Source: the human T2T-CHM13v2.0 reference genome, Homo sapiens | NCBI RefSeq assembly: GCF_009914755.1 | Contig: NC_060930.1 | Reading direction: 5' to 3' (one strand) | Length of the DNA stretch: 64,000 bases | In this document: positions 55,288 to 64,000 of the stretch, piece after piece | How positions within the stretch are numbered: position 1 is the first letter of the stretch | Layout of the letters: every line of letters starts with the position of its first letter | Notes under the pieces: model-generated | Seen by the model: only the letters and a program-made list of their open reading frames with translations | Told to the model about the DNA's origin: nothing | The model's database searches: none | Made by a program: the position numbers and the translations under genes

Positions 55288-55819
55288 GTCATACTCCTAT
55301 TCACCGTTCTCAACTACTCATACATGCCCTGCTCTTGTTTACACTGCCAGTTTACACTGTTTCTCCAAGCCATTACAGCTGATATCTCCTGGTGCTATCC
55401 CCAAACTGCCACTCTAAACTCTTGAAGTAAATAAATAATCTTTGCTGGCAGGACTATGCTGAATCTCCTTAGGCACTCTCTAATTAGATGTCCTAGGTCC
55501 TCCCAATTCTTAGTCCTTTTATACCTATTTTTCTCCTTCTCTTATTCCATTTAGTTTTTCAATTCATACAAAACCGTATCCAGGCCATCACCAATCATTC
55601 TATACGACAAATGTTTCTTCTAACAACCCCATAATATCACCCCTTACCACAAGATCTCCCTTCAGCTTAATCTCTCCCACTCTAGGTTCCCACACCGCCC
55701 CTAATCATGCTCGAAGCAGCCCTGAGAAACATCGCCCATTCTCCCTCCATACCACCCCCCAAAAATTTTCACCGCCCCAACACTTCAACACTATTTTGTT
55801 TTATTTTTCTTATTAATAT

Positions 55820-55832
55820 AAGAAGGCAGGAA
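55820..55832 (+). other. Polypurine tract
   Basis: aagaaggcaggaa directly before the 3' LTR. Confidence 0.85.
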
Positions 55833-56265
55833 TGTCAGGCCTCTGAGCCCAAGCCAAGCTATTGCATCCCCTGTGACTTGCACGTATATGCCCAGATGTC
55901 CTGAAGAAACTGAAGAATCACAAAAGAAGTGAAAAGACCCTGTCCCGCCTTAACTGATAACATTCCACCTTTGTGATTTGTTCCTGCCCCACCTTAACTG
56001 AGTGATTAACCCTGTGAATTTCCTTCTCCTGGCTCAGAAGCTCCCCCACTGAGCACCTTGTGACCCCCTGCCCCTGCCCACCAGAGAACAACCCCTTTTG
56101 ACTGTAATTTTCCATTACCTTCCCAAATCCTATAAAATGGCCCCCCCCATCTCCCTTTGCTGACTCTCTTTTCGGACTCAGCCTGCCTGCACCCACGAGA
56201 AATAAACAGCCATGTTGCTCACCCAAAGCCTGTTTGGTAGTCTCTTCACATGGACATGCATGAAA
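55833..56265 (+). promoter_or_regulatory. HERV-H 3' LTR (LTR7 family)
   Basis: Direct repeat of the 5' LTR with about 26 differences in 434 bp by manual comparison. Confidence 0.97.
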
Positions 56266-56299
56266 ACCAGTATGATATATTTAACAAAGTATAACTTGT

Positions 56300-56760
56300 A
56301 CCTGGACCTCCAGTCTTGATCCACTCCTATGAATTTTCCACACTACTGAAAAAGGGATATTTATAAAATTCAAATATGATGATGTAAAAGAAATCCTTCT
56401 GTGGTCCCATATGCTTCAGAATAAAGAACAAGGCCCTTCCTGCTGTTCTCCCTCTCAAGCTCAACCTGGCCTCTCTACATTTGCTTCCTCAAACATACCT
56501 GTTCCTTCTGATGTTTTTGCACTTTCCTGAATTGCACTTCATCTCCCTTCCCTACTCTTTTGCATACTTTATTCACCTGCCTCTTACTAACTTTCAAAAC
56601 TCATTTCATGTATCATCTCTTCCAGAAAACTTTGTCTTCTGGATCCACATGTAGATTTATCCACACATGGATTTCTTGTATCTCCTTGGGCCCCCATGGA
56701 ACACTATGTATACCTCATCCTGGTAGTTATGGAAAGGTATTAAACTGATTGGCTTAATTG
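56300..56760 (+). mobile_element. L2 fragment
   Basis: CT-rich: ccttctgtggtcccatatgcttcagaataaa...ttcaaaactcatttcatgtatcatctcttccagaaaac. Confidence 0.55.
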
Positions 56761-57658
56761 TTTTTTGTAAGCAACTATAGTGTAATATTCAGATGGAAGA
56801 GTCTAACTTTTAGCAACATGTCCAATAAAATCTTCCTTAAATATTTGACAAAAATATGGAAAAATACTTTAGCTAATAAAAATGGAGAGAGAGCATTTTC
56901 CCTTGTCCCTAAAGAGATGGTTATCTAGTGTGAACAACAGATACTTTTAAACATACTAGTCTATGTGCAACCATTAAGAATCAATTTTATCTACAATTTT
57001 TTTTAGATTTAAATCCAGAGTTAACTATGTTTTTTGCCATGGAGAGAAAAAAAAAAAAAAAAAAGAAGAAGCTTTCAAGACTCTAGTATACTTGTGATGA
57101 CATTTCTTTTTTTTTCTTTCTTTTTTTTTTGGCTGACATATACACTTCTATGTGCCAACTGTGGATCAGATAACACCCATCTGTTCTGAGCACACAAGAC
57201 CTTCTTGTCAGTGTACTTGAAGCACCTAAATGGGCATCTACTCAAATGTTCTCATTGGAAAGTTGGCTTTATGTACAAACAGAAAAACTGAAGAGGGACA
57301 ATAGCAGTGAAACTTTGGTGAAGGACAACAAAAAGTGTGATAAAATATTATTTGTGTGTCATGAAAGGAGCTGGCCAAATGTAACTGAGAGTACAGGAAG
57401 GGAAGAACAGTTATGGATGCAGTGTAATGTTGAACATTGACCCTTCCTTGTGGAGGTCCAAAACTCTTTGCTCATGCTTCTGCATTGCTATTTATCAGTG
57501 ACTAAGAAAATGAAGCTTCATCAAAATCACAGTGGTAGAGAGTCGGGTGGGATGAATTTTTCAACCAATACACATTCCCTGTAAATAAAGGTGCAATGTT
57601 TTTGAGTTTATTTTCTTTACATGCATCTAATTATACTCTAATTCTCCCCTCCCCACAA

Positions 57659-57682
57659 ACACACACACACACACACACACAC
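57659..57682. repeat. (AC)12 microsatellite
   Basis: Directly visible. Confidence 0.95.
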
Positions 57683-59879
57683 TTGCCATTAGAATTATTA
57701 AGTGATGATTCACTGAAAATAATAGAAATATGCTACATTCCTCAGATAATAGCCACAGAAAAGATTGAGATCTACTAGTCTATCTATCCTTAAATAAAAG
57801 AGAAAAAGAATATGATCGTAAAATATGGTGGAAATAAAGGAAATTGCTAATGTATTGAGCTACTCCACATATTCAACCATCAATAATTACTGTATATTAC
57901 AAGGGTAAGGTATTTTTGGTTTGCTTGCTTTTTAAATTGTTGATCACTAGAGTTTGGCAAGCAGACAATACGGTTAAGTTATGGAACTGAAAGATCATGG
58001 GAGGGCCAGAACCATTTCCTTACTAGGGCAGGGAATCTGCAGTGAAATTAAAACAAGAGGGAACCACAAAGGATAAGAAAGTTGACTGAACTGCTTGAGG
58101 CAAATGCAATTATTTTGATCAATTGTTTTCCCTCATCCTTATTTCTAAAGAACCTCAATTCAGGGAAGGGAAAGGACCAAGTTCTTCAAATAGCTGGGAG
58201 GTCTATTGGATTTAGAGACATACTATTAAGGCAACTCTTACAGGAAACACAAATTGATGAGATGTAGAAGGCATTTTATACATAACTCTGCAGTTATGTA
58301 TAACTGCAGATAACTCTGTAATTGTATTCAGCATTGATTGAACACCATGACAATTATTATACAAGATTTGACTTTATTGAAATTAGTTAATGAAACTATT
58401 GCTTTAGCATTTTTCCCCAAGCTCCAGAGCTTGTTATATTTAAAAATAATCTGTGTTATAAAAGTGACAAAATTATTTATTATTGTGTGATAAATTGTAT
58501 GTAAATACTCTATGTAAATAACAGAATTAGAGGGAGCTTCAAGATGGCTGACCAGAGGTATCTAGCACTCACCACCTACACAAATAAGAGCCCTAATATC
58601 AAGTAGATAATCACACTTTAATAGAACACCTAAAGAAGAACACTGAAACACAATAGAGAAGTGATAGGAAACGCTGAAGGCATCGAAAGAAATGGAAGTG
58701 AGGCAATCTGCTCTGCTAGAAACGGGGAAAGCCTAGAGAAATTACCCAAGGTGGGAAAAGGGTAAATGAGAGATCTACAGTGGTCAACATGCCCACTGTG
58801 GACTCCTGCCATCCTACCCATAGGAGAGCTCCTTCATCCTTGCAGACCCTGAGACTAGCAGAGGGAGCTGTCTAGAGACAGCATGAAGACATTGCTCCAG
58901 AGTAAGAGCCAATTCTGGAGACCACACAGTCCTGAGAACTTTGCAACTGCAACGTGGCACCATTTTGAGGCCCTGGCCACCACCACACTGCATAATTTCC
59001 TGGGTCCCAACAGCCCAGACATCCCCACATCCCTGAAGCCCTACTGATATCTTTCAGGTACATTTGAAAGGCTGCAGTGGCGTGATGGTGTGTCTTTTCC
59101 TTTACGGAGGGAGTTCCATTTTGGCCCATCATGGGTCTAGAAATGCTATCCAGGAGGTAGAGCCTGGAGTCAGGAACTTTAGGAATCTACTTGGTGCTTT
59201 ATTTTATTGTGACTAGATGGTGCCCAAGTTGTAAAACAAAGCCCTGTTTACTCTTCCTTCTCATTTCCTTGGGCAGAAAGAGTCTCTCCCTCTTGCCACC
59301 CTCACGCCAGACTTCTTGGATAGCATTTCTAGACCCGTAATGGGACAAAATGGAGCTCCCTCCCTAAAGGAAAGACACAGCTGGACTCATTACCTGCTGA
59401 CTAAAGTGCACTTGAACTTTGAATAAAAATCAGCGTTAGCCAGGCAGTAGTCACTGCAGGTCTTGGGCAAGAGCCAGTACTATGCTGGCTTCAGGTCTGA
59501 CTCAGCATAGCTCCAGTGGTGGTGACCACAGTGGTACCTGTTTCACACCTCCACCAACTCCAGACAACTTAGCATGAAGAGAGACATCATTTGTTTGGGG
59601 GGAAGGTAAGGGAAGAGAACAAGAGACTGACTGGAAATCCAAAGAATTCTCCCAGATCTTACCTGAGACAACTAATGAGATTATCTCTATGAATCTAAAG
59701 ACTGAGAATATTACTGGGTTTTGGTGCACTTTGATGCTGCTGCAAAGCAGATATGGCTGCAAAGTCCAAAGTTTTAGATCACAATACTCAGTTACATTTG
59801 AATACTTGGGAAGCCTTCTCCAAAGTGAGGGGTATGACCTAACCCAGACTGTGAAGATAATGATAAATACCTAAATCTT

Positions 59880-60901
59880 CAATGTCCAGATATTGACAAA
59901 CATACAAAAGCATCACGACTATCCAGGAAAACATGACCTCACTAAATGAACTTAAAAAGGAACCAGTGACCAATCCCAGAGTAACAGAGATATGTGACAT
60001 TTCAGAGCAGAAAAAATAATTCAAAATAGCTCTTTTGAGGAAATTCACCAGAATTCAAGATAACACTGAGAAGGAATTCAGAATCTTATTAGACAAATTT
60101 TATAAAGAGATTAAAATAATTTTAAAAAATAAATTGGAAATTCTGGAGTTGAAAAACCCAATGACAAAGAATGCATCAGAGTGTCTCAAAAGCAGAATTG
60201 ATCAAGCAGAAGAAAACATAGGGAGCTTTAAGACAGGCTATTTGAAGATACAGTCAGAGGAGACAAAAGAAAAAAGAATAAAAAACAATAAAGCATGCCT
60301 ACGAGAACTAGAAAATATGCTAAAAGAGGCAAATCTAAGAGTTAATGGCCTTATAGAGCAGGTAGACAGTGAGATAGGGATGGAATGTTTATTCAAAGAG
60401 AAAACAACAAAGAGCTTTCGAAACCTAGAGAAATATATCAGTATTCAAGAACAAAAAAGTTATAGAACATCAATCAGATTAACCCAAATAGAAGTATCTC
60501 AACACATTTAATAATCAAGCTCCAAAAGCTCAAGGATAAAGAAAGTATCTCAAAGGCAACAATAGAAAAGAAACAAATAACATGCAAAAAAGCTCCAATA
60601 CATCTGGTACCAGATTTCTCATTGGAAACTTTACAGACCAGGAGATATGACATATTTGAATATGGACATATTTAGAAGATAGGATATATATAAAGTGCTG
60701 AAGCAAACAAAACAAAACAAAACAAAGAAAAAACTCTTTTATCCTAGAATAGTATATTCCATGAAAATATCCTTCAAACCTGAAGGAGAAATAAAGACTT
60801 TCCCAGAAAAACAAAAGCTGAAGGATTTCATCAAGACTAGACCTGTTATATATGAAATGCTAATGGGAGTATTTCAATCAGAAAAAAATGGACATTTATG
60901 A
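59880..60901 (+). pseudogene. Decayed L1 ORF1p
   Basis: ORF-track pieces 60035-60511 and 60695-60901 match ORF1p coiled-coil, RRM and CTD motifs. Confidence 0.8.
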
Positions 60902-61137
60902 GAAATCAGAAATCATCTGAAGGTACAAAAGTCACTGGTAATAGTAAGTACACACCAAAATTCAGAATAACACTGTAATTGTGGTGTGTAAACTACTCAT
61001 AGTTTGACTAAGAAGAGTAAAGATAAACTTATCAAAAATAATAGCTACAACTTTTAAAGACATATCATAATAATACATAAATAGAAACAACCAAAAGTTA
61101 AAAAGCGAGGGAGATTACGTTAAAGTATAGAGGGTGG

Positions 61138-61269
61138 TGTTGATGTTGTTTTAGAGATGGAGTCTCACTACGTCACCGAGGCTAGTCTCAAACTCCTGAG
61201 CTCAAGCAATCCTCCTGCTTTGGCCTCCCAAAGTCCTGGGATTACAGGCATGAGCCACCATGCCCAGAC
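61138..61269 (-). mobile_element. FLAM-C-like free left Alu monomer in the L1 inter-ORF region
   Basis: Single monomer of about 120 bp: tagagatggagtctcactac...ctcctgagctcaagcaatcctcctgc...gagccaccatgcccagac. Confidence 0.88.
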
Positions 61270-64000
61270 TAGAATTTTTATTAATTTGCTCTTTGCTAGT
61301 TTGTTAGTTTTTTTATGCAACTAGTATTAAGTTGTCATTAGTTTAAAATAATGGGTTGTAATATGTTATTTGTAATCCTCGTGTTAACCACAAATTAAAA
61401 AAAACTACAAAAGATACAAAGTAAAAATAAAAAGCAAGAAATTAAAATATATCACCAGAGAAAATTACTTTCAGAAGAAGGAAGGAAGGGAAGACCACAG
61501 AATAATCAGAAAACAAATAACAAAATGTCTGTAGTAAATCTTTACCTATCAATTATAATGTAGAATGTAAATGAACTAAATTCTCCAATCAAGACATAGA
61601 GTGACTGAATGAATACAAAAATGAGCTCCAACTATCTGCTGCCTGCAAGAAACATACTTATATAGACACACATAGATGAAAATATTAATAAAATGATGGA
61701 AAATGATGTTCCATGCAAATGGAAACACAAAAAGAGGAGCAGCTATGCTTATATTAGATAAAATAGATTTTAAAGGAAAACCATTAAAAGAGACAAAGAC
61801 CATCATTATATAATGATAAGGTGGTTAATTCAGGAAGAACATAAAATAATTATAAATATATATGTACTCAACAACAGAACACCCAGGTTATTAAGGTAAA
61901 TATTATAAGAGCTAAATAGAGAGTTAGATGTCAATACAATAATAATTGGGGACTTCAGCAGTTCACTTTTAGCATTGAACAGATCATCCAGACAGAAAAT
62001 CAACAAAGAAACATTGGAAAATTGGACTTAATCTAAAATATAGAAAAAATGGGCCTCATAGATGTTTACAAAACATTTTACACAACAGTTGCAGAATACA
62101 CATTCTTCTCCTCAGCACATGGAACATTCTCAAGAATAGACCACATGTTATGCCACAAAATAAGTCCTAAAAATTTAAAAAATTGATATCATATCAAGTA
62201 TCTTCTCTGACCACAGTGGAACAAAACTGGAAATCAATAACAAGAACACTGGAAACTGTGCAAACACATAAAAATTAAAGAATATGCTCCTTAATTACCA
62301 GTGGGTCAATGAAGAGATTAAGAAAAAAATTGAAACAGTTACTTGAAACAAATGAAAATGGAAACACAACATACCAAAACCTATGGGGTAGAGCAAAAGC
62401 AGCAGAAGAAAGATTATAGCAATGTGTGTACATTAAAAAACTAGAAAAACTTCAAATAAAGAAACTAGTGAGGCATCTTCAAGAACTAGAAAAGCAAGAG
62501 CAAAGCAACCAAAATATTAGTAAAAAAAATAAATAAATAAAAATCACAGCATAAATAAATAACATTGAAACAAAAAATACAAAATATCAATGAAATGAAA
62601 AGTAGGTTTATTTTAAAAATAAACAAAATTTACTAACCTTTAGACAGACCAAGAATGGAAGAGAGAAGAAAAAGTGAGAGACTAAAAAATGTATTACATC
62701 TTATACCCCAGAAATTCAAGGGATCTTTAGAGACTAAAATGAGCAACTATATATCAGTAAATTGGAAAACCAAGAAGAAATGGATAAATTTCTAAACACA
62801 TACAACATACCATGATTGAATTATAAAGAAATCAAAAAGCTGAATAGACCAATAACAAGAAATGAGATCAAAGCCTATAATAAAAAGTCTCCCATCAAAG
62901 AAAAGCCCAGGGACAGAAGGCTTCACTGCTGAATTTTATCAAACATATGAGAAAGGACTAACGCCAATCTTACTCAATATATTCCATAAAATAAAGGAGG
63001 AAGGAGTACTTCCAAAGTGATTCAACAACGCCAGTATAACCTAGATACCAAAACCAGACAAAGACACATCATCAAAAACAAACAAACAAACAAAAACAAA
63101 AAAACTACAGGCCAATATCTTTGATGACCATTGATGCGGAAATCCTCAACAAAATACTAGCAAAACTGAATTCAACAGCACATTCAAAAGATGATTCATC
63201 ATCACCAAGTAGAATTCATCCCAGGGATGGAAGGATGGTTCAACATCTGTGAATCAATCAATGTTACCCATCATCTCAACAGAATGAAGGACAAATAACA
63301 TATAATCTTTTCAATTGATGCTGAAAAAGCATTTGATAAAATTCAATATTCCTCCATGTTAAAAACACTTTTAAAAAACTGCATATAGAAGGGACATACC
63401 TCAACATAATAAAAGCCTTATATCACAGACCCTCAGGTAGTATCATGCTAAACTGGGAAAAACTGAAAGCATTTTCTCTAAGATATGGAACACAATAAGG
63501 ATGCTGTTATTCAACATAGAACTAGAAGTCCTTGCTAGAGCAATCAGAAAAGGGGAAAAAATAAAGAGCATCCAAACTGAAAAATAAGAAGTCAATTTAC
63601 TTGTATTTTCAGATGATGTAATCTTTTATTTAGAAAAACCTAAAGACTCCACCAAAAAACTATTAGTGTTGATAAATTCAGTAAAGTTGGAGATTACAAA
63701 AGAGACATACAAAAATTAGTAGCATTTCTATATGCCAAGAGCTGTCAATCTGAAAAAGTATCAGGAAAGTAATCTTATTTATAATGGCTACAAATAAAAT
63801 AAAATGCCTAGGAATTAACTGAAGAAGTGAAAGATACCTACAATAATAATTATAAAATATTGATGCAAGAAACTTATGAGGACACAAAAAATGGAAAAGT
63901 ACTCCACGTGCATGGATTGAAAGATCTATATTTTTTAAAAGTCCATACTACCCAAAGCATTCTACAGATTCAATGCAATCCTTATTGGCATGCCAGTAAC

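Larger units (their letters stand above)
51793..56265 (+). mobile_element. HERV-H provirus, internally deleted (4473 bp)
   Basis: Two LTR7-family LTRs, perfect TSD accag (51788-51792 / 56266-56270), tRNA-His PBS, gag/pro/pol remnants and PPT. Confidence 0.98.
58530..64000 (+). mobile_element. 5' part of an old, originally full-length LINE-1 (L1M1/L1MA/L1PB age): 5'UTR, ORF1, inter-ORF, ORF2 running off the window
   Basis: 5' end has the YY1-type caagatggc (58540-58548). ORF1 remnants (SRIDQAEE, YPRIVYSMKISFK). ORF2 start at about 61525, decayed FADD (FSDD) at about 63606. Confidence 0.9.

Noticed and set aside
57047-57130. Facing poly(A) and poly(T) tracts, and 9-bp palindromes at about 23598 and 33323
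   Set aside because: Low-complexity complementarity is expected by chance in AT-rich DNA.
58530-64000. Potentially active full-length L1
   Set aside because: ORF1 and ORF2 have many stops and frameshifts, the catalytic motif is decayed, and the 5'UTR is rearranged and CpG-depleted.

Overview
AT-rich, repeat-dominated catarrhine primate (most likely human or great ape) genomic DNA. It is intergenic or deep intronic, and I can recognise no protein-coding gene, RNA gene, CRISPR array or prokaryotic system. Roughly 35-40% of the window is LINE-1 (about 24 kb summed by eye; L1PA4/5, L1PA7 x2, L1PA8, L1PA13-like, L1PA15/16-like and older L1M pieces). It also holds six Alus and one FLAM, MaLR/ERVL LTRs, a fossil ERVL provirus (LTR16/ERV3-16A3-like), a MER63-like hAT element, L2/CR1/MIR fragments and microsatellites. 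A 4.47-kb deleted HERV-H provirus (51793-56265) keeps both LTRs, a tRNA-His PBS, a PPT and a 5-bp TSD. Nearly every ORF in the track is retroelement-derived, microsatellite-derived or a chance ORF. The most interesting unexplained structures are: (i) two well-matched inverted duplications that could form long hairpins (50586-50892 and 59089-59379); (ii) a phase-compatible chain of candidate minus-strand exons in unique DNA (13742 to about 12180); (iii) a 21/42-bp higher-order repeat array in the HERV-H leader; (iv) two clear and one probable twin-primed inverted L1 insertions; (v) a 156-bp tandem duplication. Repeat subfamily names come from remembered consensus motifs and need RepeatMasker/Dfam confirmation. 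I do not see evidence for a new biological system; the findings are leads.
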